A DNA stretch of 64,000 bases from a bacterium (GCA_028821265.1 JAPPGU010000008.1:36446-100445), one strand, 5' to 3'; positions 48,591 to 58,967 are shown, numbered from the stretch's first letter. The notes: generated by a model from the sequence alone, not told the origin. Made by a program: numbers and translations.

Positions 48591-51038
48591 GTGAAGTCGC
48601 AGTACCGGGTGGTGGTGATCGGGGGCGGCGTGGTCGGCGCCAGCGTGCTGTATCACTTGACGAAGCTGGGTTGGAGCGACGTGGCGATCGTGGAGCGAGA
48701 GGTGTTGACAGCCGGGTCGAGTTGGCACGCCGCCGGCGCTGTGCATGCTCTCAACGCCGATCCGAATATCGCGGCTCTGCAGGCGTACACGATCGATCTG
48801 CTTTCCGAGATCGGGGAGGAGTCGGGCCTCGACGTGGGGATGCACATGACGGGTGGCATCTCGGTGGCTTCGGCGCCGGAGCGGTGGGAGTGGTTGCAGG
48901 CGGCGTATCGAGTGTTCCAGACGATGGGTATCGAGGACGTGCGGCTGATCGGCCCCGATGAGATCGAGCAGTGGTGCCCGATCATGAACGTCTCTGATGT
49001 GCTCGGGGGTCTGTGGGCGGACCGTGAGGGGTATATCGATCCGTCGGCGGTGGTCCATGCCTACGCCAAGGCTGCCCGGTCGCGGGGTGGCGACGTGATC
49101 GAGCACAACCGGGTGCTCGAACTACGCCCACGCCGGGACGGGTCGTGGGAGGTGGTGACCGAGGGTGGAACCATCGTCGCGGAGCACGTCGTGAACGCCG
49201 CCGGGCTGTGGGCCAAGCAGGTGGGGCGAATGGCGGCGGTGGAGCTTCCGGTCTCGCCGATGCAGCATCACTACCTGGTCACCGAGACGATCCCCGAGAT
49301 CGCGGCGCTCGACTTCGAGGTGCCGATCATGATCGACCTCGAGGGCTACACCTACATGCGTCAGGAGCTCCAGGGGGTGTTGGTCGGGGTCTATGAGCGC
49401 GATTGCCGGCATTGGAACATGGACGGTGCGCCGTGGGATTACGGCGTGGAGCTGATCCCACCGGAGGTGGATCGGATCTCGAGCGAGCTGTCGTTTGCGA
49501 TGTCCCGCTACCCGGTCCTAGAGCACACCGGTATCAGCCGCTGGGTGAACGGGGCGTTCACGTTCTCGCCGGACGGCAACCCCCTGGTGGGTCCGGTGCC
49601 CGGGTTGCGCAACTACTGGTCGGCGTGTGCGGTGATGGCCGGTTTCCTCCAGGGCGGCGGCGTGGGCAAGTCGCTGGCGGAGTGGATGATCGAAGGGGAA
49701 CCGGAGGAGGACATCTTCGCGATGGACGTGGCCCGTTTCGGGTCCTACGCCGAGAACCGTGAGTACATCCGCCAGATGACCGCGCAGTTCTACTCGCGCC
49801 GGTTCGTCATCACCTACCCCAACGAGGAGTTGTGGGCGGGCCGGCCGTTGCGCATGGCCCCGGCGTACGATGCGATGACCGAGGCCGGGGCGCAGTGGGG
49901 GTGCTCGTACGGTCTGGAGATCCCGATCTACTTCGCCCCCAAGGGCTTAGAAGAGGTGCCTACCCTGCGCCGCTCCAACGCGTTCGACATCGTCGGCGAA
50001 GAGTGCCGCCGGGTGCGTTCCACCGTCGGGATCCTCGACATCGCCGGGTTCTCCCGCTACGAGGTCACCGGTCCCGGCGCCGCGGCATGGCTCGATCGGC
50101 TCTTCGCCGGCGCGTTACCCGCACCCGGGCGGATCAAGCTCGCCCCGATGCTGGGCCACGACGGCCGGCTCAAAGGAGACCTGACGTTGTTCAACTGGGG
50201 GGACGGCACGTGGTGGATCGTGGGCTCGTACTACCTGCGGGCCTGGCACATGCGCTGGTTCAACGACCACCTCGGCGACGGGGTGGCGGTGCGTGACATC
50301 TCGGATGCCGTCGTCGGCTTCTCGCTCTCCGGGCCGGGTTCTCGCGACCTGTTGCAACGGGTCGCGTCGGATGACGTCTCGGCGGAAGGCATGCGCTTCA
50401 TGGGGTGTCGTGAGCTAGACGTCGGCATGATCCGGGCCCGGGTGGGCCGGATATCGGTCACCGGAGAGCTCGGGTACGAGATCCACTGCCCGGCCGCCGA
50501 GCACATCGCCCTGCGCCGCCTCCTTCTGGAGGCCGCCGACGGTCTCGATGCGATCGAGTACGGCTACAACGCTCTGATGTCGCTCCGGATCGAGAAGAGC
50601 TTCGGCGTCTGGTCGACCGAGTTCCGCCAGGAGTACACCCCGGCCATGACCGGGTTGGACCGATGGATCGACTGGTCCAAGGACGGCTTCATCGGCGCCG
50701 GGGCGGCCCGCAAGGAGCGGGACGACGACAGCGCCGCCAGGAGGCTGGTCACCCTCGAAGTGGACGCCACCGACGCGGACGCCACCGGGTACGAGCCGGT
50801 GTGGAACGGTGACCGGAGGGTCGGCTACATCACCTCGGGCGACTACGGCCACACCATCGGCAAGAGCCTCGCCATGGCCCTCATCGACCGGGAGCACACC
50901 GCGGAAGGTACCGAACTGGCAACCCATATCGTCGGGGTCGAACGCCCGGCCCGGGTGATCGCCCCCTCACCCTACGACCCGGACGGCCAGGCGATGCGAG
51001 CCGGTTCAGCACCCATGAATCGCACCCCGGATGGGTAA
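48591..51038 (+). CDS. Dimethylglycine/sarcosine dehydrogenase-like flavoprotein (FAD oxidoreductase fused to GcvT-type aminomethyltransferase/folate-binding domain)
   Basis: N-terminal VVVIGGGVVGASVLYHL (FAD); C-terminal GcvT-like domain. 815 aa, as in DMGDH/SarDH. Confidence 0.85.
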   Translation: MKSQYRVVVIGGGVVGASVLYHLTKLGWSDVAIVEREVLTAGSSWHAAGAVHALNADPNIAALQAYTIDLLSEIGEESGLDVGMHMTGGISVASAPERWEWLQAAYRVFQTMGIEDVRLIGPDEIEQWCPIMNVSDVLGGLWADREGYIDPSAVVHAYAKAARSRGGDVIEHNRVLELRPRRDGSWEVVTEGGTIVAEHVVNAAGLWAKQVGRMAAVELPVSPMQHHYLVTETIPEIAALDFEVPIMIDLEGYTYMRQELQGVLVGVYERDCRHWNMDGAPWDYGVELIPPEVDRISSELSFAMSRYPVLEHTGISRWVNGAFTFSPDGNPLVGPVPGLRNYWSACAVMAGFLQGGGVGKSLAEWMIEGEPEEDIFAMDVARFGSYAENREYIRQMTAQFYSRRFVITYPNEELWAGRPLRMAPAYDAMTEAGAQWGCSYGLEIPIYFAPKGLEEVPTLRRSNAFDIVGEECRRVRSTVGILDIAGFSRYEVTGPGAAAWLDRLFAGALPAPGRIKLAPMLGHDGRLKGDLTLFNWGDGTWWIVGSYYLRAWHMRWFNDHLGDGVAVRDISDAVVGFSLSGPGSRDLLQRVASDDVSAEGMRFMGCRELDVGMIRARVGRISVTGELGYEIHCPAAEHIALRRLLLEAADGLDAIEYGYNALMSLRIEKSFGVWSTEFRQEYTPAMTGLDRWIDWSKDGFIGAGAARKERDDDSAARRLVTLEVDATDADATGYEPVWNGDRRVGYITSGDYGHTIGKSLAMALIDREHTAEGTELATHIVGVERPARVIAPSPYDPDGQAMRAGSAPMNRTPDG

Positions 51039-51047
51039 AGTGAGGTC

Positions 51048-51170
51048 ATGAGGGGAGTGGTCGGCAACGCTGCGCCCGTGTTCGACTTCCGCGGTGAGAT
51101 CAGCGGGGCCCTCGCCATGGCCGGCAAGGTCGATCGAATCCCGGTTCATGAGGCTGCGCTCGCTTCTCGT
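51048..51170 (+). pseudogene. IclR-family regulator C-terminal remnant
   Basis: …GVVGNAAPVFDFRGEISGALAMAGKVDRIP… matches the IclR effector-domain C-terminal signature (APVFDxxGxxxGAxS). No HTH N-terminal part upstream (DMGDH ends at 51038). Confidence 0.4.
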
Positions 51171-51253
51171 GATCGCAGCGGCCAACCAGATCTCGTACGA
51201 GTTCGGCCGGCTTGGCCCGGGCCGGCAATGACCAGCAAAGGCGGAGCGGCGAC

Positions 51254-51958
51254 ATGACCTACACGATCCTCGGATGTGACTCTGCGACGGGCCGCGTCGG
51301 CATCGGCATCGCCACCCACTCGATCGCCGCCGGCGGGTACTGCCAGGTGGTCCGGTCCGGCATAGGCGCGATCGCCAGCCAGGCGTACGCCGACCCCAGG
51401 CTGCTCCCCGTGGCAACCGACATGCTGGAGCGCGGCCTCTCCCCTGCGGAAGTCGTCACCGGGTTGGCCGACGTTGATCCCGACTACGCCTTTCGCCAGA
51501 CCGCAGTGCTGACCCCGGACGGGGTCGCCGCTGCGCACACCGGGGACAGGACAGGCCACTGGTCCGGCCACGTCATCGGCGACGGCTACATCGCCACGGG
51601 GAACTCCCTCGAGGGTGAAGGGGTGGTCGAAGCGATGGCCGACGCGTTCGAGTCGGCGGCGGGTAGTCCTGTGGAGGACCGCCTGGTGGCCGGCCTGGAG
51701 GCCGGCCGCGATGCCGGAGGCCAGGTCGGGGACTACTACGAGCGCTCGGCCACGCTTGTGGTGGCCGAGACGGATACGTTTCCCGACATCGATCTGCGCA
51801 TCGACTTCCACGCGTCCGACGCCGTCGGCGAGCTTCGCTCCCTGCTCCATGTCTACCGGCCATACCTGCACATCTACAACCACGTCCGCACCAAGGAGCC
51901 TCGACAAGCCGTCGGGATGACCTACGAAGAGTGGAATCCGCTTCCCCCGGAAGGTTGA
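51254..51958 (+). CDS. DUF1028-family (Ntn-hydrolase-like) protein
   Basis: MTYTILGCDSATGRVGIGIATHS… N-terminal Thr/Cys nucleophile context typical of DUF1028. Confidence 0.55.
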   Translation: MTYTILGCDSATGRVGIGIATHSIAAGGYCQVVRSGIGAIASQAYADPRLLPVATDMLERGLSPAEVVTGLADVDPDYAFRQTAVLTPDGVAAAHTGDRTGHWSGHVIGDGYIATGNSLEGEGVVEAMADAFESAAGSPVEDRLVAGLEAGRDAGGQVGDYYERSATLVVAETDTFPDIDLRIDFHASDAVGELRSLLHVYRPYLHIYNHVRTKEPRQAVGMTYEEWNPLPPEG

Positions 51959-51959
51959 G

Positions 51960-52943
51960 ATGCGCTACCGAAAGCTCGGGCGTACCGGGCTGGAGGTGTC
52001 GGAAGTCGGCATCGGGACGTGGGGCATCGGAGGGCTGGACTGGGGCTCGCGGGACGACCGTCGCTCCCGTCGGGCCCTACACATGGCCGTCGACTCCGGC
52101 GTCAACTTCGTCGACACGGCCTACGGCTACGGGAAGGGCCGCTCCGAGGCGCTGATCGGGCAGGTACTGCGTGACCTCGGCGCCGGCCCGAAGCCGATCG
52201 TGGCGACCAAAGTGCCGCTCAAAACCGGTGTGTGGCCCGCGACGGACGACATGGCGATCGAGGACTGCTACCCGGGAAGCTGGATCCGGGGCTGCACCGA
52301 GAAGAGCTTGCGCCGCCTCGGCGTCGACCGCATCGACCTGCAGCAGTTCCACTTCTGGGCCGACGCGTGGACCGAGCACGGTGGCTGGCGCGAAACGGTG
52401 GCGGATCTGAAGCGGGAGGGAAAGGTGCGCTTCTTCGGGGTGTCGACCAACGATCACGATCCGGATTCGGTCCTGCGCGTGCTGGACACGGGCGCGCTGG
52501 ACACCGTGCAGGTGATCTACAACGTCTTCGACCAGTCGGCCTCGGAGCGGCTGCTGCCGAAGTGCGCGGCGCTCGACATCGGCGTGATCGCACGCTCGCC
52601 CTTCGACGAGGGGAGCCTCACGGGGACGCTGCGCGACGACACCGTGTTCGCCGAGGACGATTGGCGCCGCGGCTACTTCCGGGGTGATCGGCTCGCTACT
52701 GCGGCAGCGAGGGCGCGCGGCGTCGCGTCGGTGATCGGCGCAGAGGCTTCGAGCCTCGCCGACGGCGCCCTGCGCTTTTGTCTCAGCGAGCCTGCCGTGT
52801 CCACCGTCATCCCGGGGATGCGCTCACCCGGCCACGTAGGCGAGAATTGCGCGGTGTCGGACGGACGATTGCTCTCGGCCGGTGTCCTCGAGCGGCTGCG
52901 TGACCACGCATGGGCTCGCAACTGGTACGCCGATGCGTGGTGA
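51960..52943 (+). CDS. Aldo/keto reductase
   Basis: MRYRKLGRTGLEVSEVGIGTWGIGG…VNFVDTAYGYGKGRSE… AKR signature. Confidence 0.85.
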   Translation: MRYRKLGRTGLEVSEVGIGTWGIGGLDWGSRDDRRSRRALHMAVDSGVNFVDTAYGYGKGRSEALIGQVLRDLGAGPKPIVATKVPLKTGVWPATDDMAIEDCYPGSWIRGCTEKSLRRLGVDRIDLQQFHFWADAWTEHGGWRETVADLKREGKVRFFGVSTNDHDPDSVLRVLDTGALDTVQVIYNVFDQSASERLLPKCAALDIGVIARSPFDEGSLTGTLRDDTVFAEDDWRRGYFRGDRLATAAARARGVASVIGAEASSLADGALRFCLSEPAVSTVIPGMRSPGHVGENCAVSDGRLLSAGVLERLRDHAWARNWYADAW

Positions 52944-53113
52944 CGGCAGAGCACGGGGCCTGGGAGGGCTGATGTTTGTCGTGGTCGTCTTGCCGATACT
53001 GCTTTATCTGCTCCCAGTTGAACTCGCGGACCATCCCCGACCTCCCTGATGCTCGGCTCCGGCCTTAGTAGTGAGTCAAATCCGTTGGCATGCCTGGAAA
53101 TGGGCCTGGTCGC

Positions 53114-54355
53114 TCACCGAGCGACACCGGGCAGTATGGCCCTGGCGTTGTCTCCGAGCACCATCCGGCCGGCTTGTTCCGCCTCCGCCTCGGTCCACTC
53201 CAGGTCGGCAGAGAGATCGCTCAGCACGTGTGTCAGATGTTTCCGCATCCGGTGTGCGCTGTAGCCGAGCCATTCGGCCGATGCGTAGGAATCGCTGCCG
53301 TAGAGCACCTTGTGCGCAGGAGCTATGGACAGAATGGTGCGCAGAATCGAATTGAGGCGCCCCGGTATCCGCATCGTGTGGGACAGGTCGACGTACACGT
53401 TGGGAAACTGCCAGGCCAGGTAGGCGGCGTTCTCGTGGTACGGCGCCCCGGCATGGAGCATGACGAACGTCGTTGCGTTCGAAGCCGGGTCCGAGAAAAG
53501 AGAGAACAAGCGTGCCGGATCCGCGGCGGGCAGGTTCTGGTTGGGCGAGTACTGGGCCCCGGTGTGAATCAGCTGCAGCAGGCCGAGATCGCCGGCGCGG
53601 GCGACGATGTGGCGGATCACGAAGTCCTCGTATGCCCGCGCCGCGCGCCCTGTCGCCTCGTCGTAGATCCCGATGCGCCCGAACAGGAACGACTCTTTCA
53701 CGTCGGCCGGGGGCGTCGCCGCTACACGGCGCAGCCCGGAAGCGGCTTCATCGGCGGTGGGCCTCGAGACGTCGAGCGCGCGGTAGTAGCCCATCAGGTT
53801 CTTGAACCCGACGCACCCTTGCGACACGGCAATGTCGATCGACTCGTCGACCCACCTGATGGCGTCGTCGAGCGAAGTGATGCCTCTATCGATCACGGCT
53901 AGTGGAGAGAGCAACGGGGTGATTCCGTAGATCCACACATAACGGTCGTCCGGGAATCCGGCGGCCCCGTCACGCAACTCGCCGAGCAGGTCGAGCACAA
54001 CGAGGTCGATACGCTCCCGGTCGAGCACCGATTCCAGATACATGCTGAAGCCCTGCTCCATCGCGGCAGAGAGCGTTTCGTCGATCTCCATGACATCGGG
54101 CTCGCATCCCAGGGCCCCGGCCACGTACCTGATCAGCATGCGGTACTGCGAGTTGAGCGGGTGGGCCCATTGCGCCATGCCGCGCTCGTAGTCGGGGACC
54201 GGTTGAAGATCGTCCCAGCGATATGACCTGCCCGGCGTGCCGTGGAAGAGGTTCAGTTGGGCGGTCACGTCGCGCCGGATCAGCTCGCCCACACCGATCT
54301 GGAGCGACATGTGGGCATGGAAATCGACTACGCCGGCGTCGGTGAGGTCGATCAT
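53114..54355 (-). CDS. Amidohydrolase-family protein (TIM-barrel metal-dependent hydrolase)
   Basis: MIDLTDAGVVDFHAHMSLQ… (HxH); 413 aa. Confidence 0.6.
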   Translation of the reverse strand: MIDLTDAGVVDFHAHMSLQIGVGELIRRDVTAQLNLFHGTPGRSYRWDDLQPVPDYERGMAQWAHPLNSQYRMLIRYVAGALGCEPDVMEIDETLSAAMEQGFSMYLESVLDRERIDLVVLDLLGELRDGAAGFPDDRYVWIYGITPLLSPLAVIDRGITSLDDAIRWVDESIDIAVSQGCVGFKNLMGYYRALDVSRPTADEAASGLRRVAATPPADVKESFLFGRIGIYDEATGRAARAYEDFVIRHIVARAGDLGLLQLIHTGAQYSPNQNLPAADPARLFSLFSDPASNATTFVMLHAGAPYHENAAYLAWQFPNVYVDLSHTMRIPGRLNSILRTILSIAPAHKVLYGSDSYASAEWLGYSAHRMRKHLTHVLSDLSADLEWTEAEAEQAGRMVLGDNARAILPGVAR

Positions 54356-54468
54356 GCTGCGAACTGGTAGACCTGTAGCCGGTCGCCTTCGGGGTGATAG
54401 AGCTCGAGTGACGTGTCGAAATCGCCGACGTAGAACATGACCGCGCCGATCTTCATCATCTCACCCCC

Positions 54469-54740
54469 TCAGACGGCGAAGATCCGCTTCGGGTTCTCCA
54501 CCAGGAGATCGTTCAACTGATCTTCGGTGACCCCGGCCTCGCGCAGCATCGGAACCACCTCGGTCAGAGCGTACACCCATCCCTTGCCGCCGTGCTCGGC
54601 GAAGTGCGCCTCGAGACAGTGGTCGTGCGCAATCATGACCTGCTTGCTGTAGCCGTCTGCGCCCAACCGGGCGAGCGTTTCTACCCGCTCCTGGTCCGAG
54701 ACCCGGTGGTCTCGTCCGAAGATGAGGTGCGACTCGTTCC
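54469..54740 (-). pseudogene. Truncated phosphotriesterase-family gene (C-terminal ~90 aa only)
   Basis: …FGRDHRVSDQERVETLARLGADGYSKQVMIAHDHCLEAHFAEHGGKGWVYALTEVVPMLREAGVTEDQLNDLLVENPKRIFAV is ~60% identical to the C-terminus of the intact PTE-like gene at 45229-46281. No N-terminal 260 aa. Second MITE copy lies 110 bp upstream. Confidence 0.6.
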
Positions 54741-54849
54741 ACCTCGGCGACTACCTGGATCTTCTCGACCAGCTCCGCCCCGTAGTGAACGTCGCCACCC
54801 CGGTGCCCAACGGCAACCTCCGGATCGCTTCAGTCGTTGATGGCCCTGT

Positions 54850-55057
54850 CTAGCCCTGATTATTCCTGTTCCCAGCACACCAACGCGGATCAGGCCACTT
54901 CAACCACACAATTCGCAAGCGACCACACTGCTCCCTGCGGTTGATTCCGCACCGAATGGAAGACGGGTCTATCAGATGGTTGTAACCCCAGGCCACGAGT
55001 ACGAAGCATCCATTCTCGTCACCCGGACAGACCCCCACCATGAATAATCGGGGCTAG
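54850..55057. mobile_element. MITE-like element copy 2 (CTAG-flanked, same 12-bp terminal inverted repeats)
   Basis: CTAGCCCTGATTATTCCTGTTCCCAGCACACCAAC…GAATAATCGGGGCTAG, ~85% identical to copy 1. Confidence 0.55.
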
Positions 55058-55157
55058 CAGCGTATCGATCCCAACTACCCGGACATCGCCGCAACCGCAC
55101 CCACCGCCACTGCGCCACGACAACATCGGGGATTGGGTCGGTCGGTAGGCTACGCCG

Positions 55158-56132
55158 GTGCTCTGGCTGGGTCTAGCTCTTATCGCCGCCGGCATCGTCC
55201 TGCTCTGGGTATCAGCGGATCCCTTCGTGGTGGCGGCGGCCCGCCTGGCCCACATCTGGGGGGTCTCCCCGGTGCTGGTGGGAGCGCTCGTGATCGGGTT
55301 CGGTACCTCCGCGCCCGAGATGGTGGTTAGCGCGGTGGCGGCGGTCCGGGGGGAGCTGGCCGAGTCGGTGGGCAACGTGGTGGGTTCCAACGCCGCCAAC
55401 CTGTCGCTGGTGCTAGGAGTCAGCGCGGTCATCTCGCCGGTGGTCGGGCAGTTGCGGACCATCCGCCGCGAGGGGATTATCACGCTGGTCGCCATGGCGG
55501 CGATGATGGCCGCTGCCTGGGATGACACGCTGGCCCGGTGGGAAGGCGTCCTGCTGGTGTCGGGCATGGCCATCGCCACGGTGTGCCTGCTCGCCTGGTC
55601 CAGGCACGACGTCAAGGCCCGGGTAGCCGTCACGTCCCCCGGCTCTGTATTCGACGAGATGATCGAAGGGACCGGCGACAAGGCGGCGCCGGAGATCGGA
55701 CGCGCCTCCATGTCGATAGTGGGGATCGTGGCGGGGGCCTGGCTCCTTGTCGAGGGAGGCAGCCAGGTGGCCGATGTCTACGGGCTGGCCGGGGGGTTCG
55801 TGGGCGCCACCATCTTCGCCCTGGGAACCAGCCTGCCCGAGCTGGTGACCGCGGTGGCCGCCGCCCGGCGGAAGGCCAACGAACTGGTGATCGGCAACCT
55901 CCTGGGGTCCAACCTCTTCAACTCCTTCCTGGTGGTCGGGGTGGCCGGGATGGTGGGCGCCGGCCCGATCGGGGAGCGACGAGTCTGGGAGCACGTCATG
56001 ATGATGGTGATCGGAGTTGCGGTGGGGATCATGGCCGCTACCCGATCCCGTCTGGGACGCTCCCACGGCGTAGTCCTGCTGGGGTTGTTCGGGCTGTTCA
56101 TCGCGGTGGTCGGCACCAACGCCACGGTGTGA
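55158..56132 (+). CDS. CaCA-family cation/Ca2+ exchanger (YrbG-like Na+/Ca2+ antiporter)
   Basis: Two alpha-repeat regions (…GFGTSAPEMVVS… and …ALGTSLPELVTA…). GTG start. Confidence 0.8.
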   Translation: MLWLGLALIAAGIVLLWVSADPFVVAAARLAHIWGVSPVLVGALVIGFGTSAPEMVVSAVAAVRGELAESVGNVVGSNAANLSLVLGVSAVISPVVGQLRTIRREGIITLVAMAAMMAAAWDDTLARWEGVLLVSGMAIATVCLLAWSRHDVKARVAVTSPGSVFDEMIEGTGDKAAPEIGRASMSIVGIVAGAWLLVEGGSQVADVYGLAGGFVGATIFALGTSLPELVTAVAAARRKANELVIGNLLGSNLFNSFLVVGVAGMVGAGPIGERRVWEHVMMMVIGVAVGIMAATRSRLGRSHGVVLLGLFGLFIAVVGTNATV

Positions 56133-56227
56133 TCCGGCTGCCTCGCGGCGCGCCCCGGCAGTGGTGCGGGTAGGGTTCTGCCCAGTGGCATACCAACGGC
56201 CAACAGCCTCCGGAGTGACGGTCTAGC

Positions 56228-56820
56228 GTGCAAGCGATCGGTGCCTTTCTGGACGCGATCGCCCGGACTGTGGTAGTGGTGGCCGACACCCTCACCGAGA
56301 GTTGCGGATGGATCGCCCGGGTGCTGGTGGCGATCCTCATCCCGGTAGGTTTCCTCAATGTCTTCCTGCGCTACGTCGGGCGCTATACCGAGACCCAGTT
56401 GGTGAACAACACGTGGATCGAGGCGCAGTGGTACATATACGGAGTCCTCTTCCTCCTCATGTTCCCCTACCTGCTGCGTCACGACGGGAACGTGCGGGTC
56501 GACTTCTGGTATGCCGAACGTTCCGAGAGGGTGAAGACCAGGATCGACCTGGTCGGCCACCTGGTCGCCCTGGCGCCTTTCGTCACCCTGGCCGTATGGG
56601 TGTCGTACAAGCCGGTACTGGACTCGTGGCGCATCTGGGAGGTCTCGCCCGATCCGGGCGGCCTGCCCCGGGCGCCGCTCAAGGCGATGATCCTGGCGGC
56701 CTTCCTCTTGCTGGGCCTCCAGACGATCGCCACCCTGATCCGGCTCGGGGCTCGCCTGACCGGCCGGGAAATCGGCATCCGGGAAAGGCGCTCCGACGCG
56801 CCACTGAGGATCGAGTAATG
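56228..56820 (+). CDS. TRAP transporter small permease (DctQ family)
   Basis: Four TM helices, DctQ-like. Stop TAA overlaps the DctM ATG (TAATG). Confidence 0.8.
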
Positions 56821-58182
56821 GGCGCGGAATGGCTCGCCATGATCATGTTCGCCATCTTCCTGGTGCTCCTGCTGGTGGGCTACCCGGTGGCCTTCTCGTT
56901 CGCCGGCACGGCCGTCATCTTCGGGGCCATCGGTCTCCTCCTGGGAGAGTTCGACCTGAACCGCCTGATCATCCTGTTCAGCCGCTGGTTCAAGGCGGTG
57001 GACAACTTCACGCTGCTGGCGGTGCCCTTCTTCGTGTTCATGGGGGCGATCCTCGAGAAATCGGGGCTGGCGGAGCGCATGCTCACCACCATCGGGATGG
57101 CGCTGGGCCGGCTCAAGGGAGGTCTGGGGCTGACCGTGGTGATAGTCGGAGCCATGCTGGCGGCGGCCACCGGCGTGGTGGCGGCCACCGTGATCGTCAT
57201 GGGCCTCCTGTCCCTTCCCACCATGGTGCGCTACGGGTACGACCACCGGCTCGCCACCGGCCTCATCACCGCCTCGGGCACCCTGGCCCAGTTGCTCCCG
57301 CCCTCGCTGGTCCTGATCCTGCTGGCCCAGGTGGTAGGTGTATCGGTGGGCGACCTGTTCCTGGGGGCGATGGTCCCCGGGTTGATGCTGGCCACCATCT
57401 ACGGCCTCTGGGTGATCTTCAAGGCCTACACCAAGGAGGGGGTGGCGCCGGCCCTTCCCGAGGAGGCGCGCACTATCCGCGGCCTGGCCCTGGTGGGCGA
57501 GTTGCTGATCGCGGTGGTGCCCATCCTCCTCCTGATCCTGGCCGTGCTCGGGTCGATCTTCACGGGAATCGCCACGCCGACCGAGGCCGGCGCGGTGGGG
57601 GCCACCGCCGCGGTTGTCCTGGCCGCCCTGAACCGGAACATGAAGATGCCGGTTCTGGCAGGCGCCACCCGTTCGACCGCCCACATCACCGGTCTGGTGC
57701 TGATGATCCTGTTCTGCTCGACCTTCTTCCAGCTGGTCTTCGACCAGCTCGGAGGCCAGCGGCTGGCCCAGGAGATACTCACCGGCCTGCCGGGCGGTTT
57801 CTGGGGATTCATCATCATCGCCAACATCGCGGTGTTCCTGCTCGGCATCAACCTGGAGTTCATCGAGATCACCTTCATCGTCATGCCGATCTTCGTCCCG
57901 GCGATCCGGGTGCTTCACGAGCTGGGGGAAACGCCCTTCGAGACCCTTCCTTCCCTGATGATCTGGTTCACGGTGATGATCGCCATCAACCTCAACATGG
58001 CCTTCATCTCACCGCCGGTCGGGTTCTCCCTGTTCTACCTCCAGAGCGTGGCTCCACCCGAGGTCAAGACGCTCGACATCCACCGGGGCGCCCTTCCCTT
58101 CATGGCCCTCCAGGGCGTGGCGCTCATCCTGGTTATGGTGTTCCCCGCCACCGTCCTCTGGCTGCCATCGGTGGTCGGCTGA
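56820..58182 (+). CDS. TRAP transporter large permease (DctM family)
   Basis: [30 protein letters not shown]… ~450 aa, 12 TM, DctM signature. Confidence 0.85.
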
Positions 58183-58377
58183 CCGGCGGCTACCGCCCGG
58201 ATCTCGGTTGAGTCAACACGCCTGAGCCACACAATTGTTCGGTACGGGTTTCTTCCGATAAAGCGAACAAATACGATCCGTGCCCGATCCCCTGCCATCA
58301 TCCAGGCTGAACCCTGAACGCTCGCCCGTGTGATCCACCCTCCCGTGGGCCGGGTACGAGCAAAGCCCGAGGCCGGC

Positions 58378-58767
58378 TCAGATCGACGCAACTAGTCGCC
58401 GAAGGCCCGCTGCTAACCGATCGACATCGTCCGAGCCTGAGGCCGTGGCCACCAAGAATTCGTAGACATCGTCGTTCGGGATCGCTGTCACGGCGACACC
58501 GTTTATCTCCAGGAACGTGGCGGTGGCCAGCCAACCGAGGCGTTTGTTCCCATCCACCAGCGGATGTCCCTTCACGATCGACTGCAGAAGGGCCCCGGCC
58601 TTTGTCCAGAGGTCCGGATACGCTTCATCGCCGAATACGGTCGTTTGGGGCCGCGCTACCGCGGCGCCGAGCAGGCCCACCTCACGAACGGGCGGTGGGT
58701 TCCCCAGCAGCATCCCGGCCAGGTACAAGAGGTCCTCGAGGTCGAGATAGACGACCGGACGGTTCAT
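58378..58767 (-). CDS. Type II toxin-antitoxin system toxin, death-on-curing (Doc/Fic fold)
   Basis: Fic/Doc motif HPLVDGNKRLGW. ATG overlaps the stop of the upstream antitoxin (ATGA). Confidence 0.8.
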   Translation of the reverse strand: MNRPVVYLDLEDLLYLAGMLLGNPPPVREVGLLGAAVARPQTTVFGDEAYPDLWTKAGALLQSIVKGHPLVDGNKRLGWLATATFLEINGVAVTAIPNDDVYEFLVATASGSDDVDRLAAGLRRLVASI

Positions 58768-58967
58768 TCACCCAGGCGTCTGAGCGCGTCGGCGTGGGCC
58801 TCCATCACGCGCCGGGCAGCGGCGGACACCCGTTCTCGATGCTGTCCCCTCAGGACGTAGTCCCTGACAGCCCGCCGCGCAGCCTCCTGCATGGAGATCC
58901 CCTCAGTCGCGGCGCGTTCCTGCAGCGCCCTGTGCTCGTCTTCGGTCAGGCGAAGGGTCATGGCCAT
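58764..58967 (-). CDS. Ribbon-helix-helix (CopG-like) antitoxin partner of Doc
   Basis: 67-aa MAMTLRLTEDEHRALQERAATEGISMQEAARRAVRDYV… RHH beta-strand/helix pattern. The rest of ORF 58764-59900 is antisense shadow of the + strand gene. Confidence 0.55.
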   Translation of the reverse strand: MAMTLRLTEDEHRALQERAATEGISMQEAARRAVRDYVLRGQHRERVSAAARRVMEAHADALRRLGE

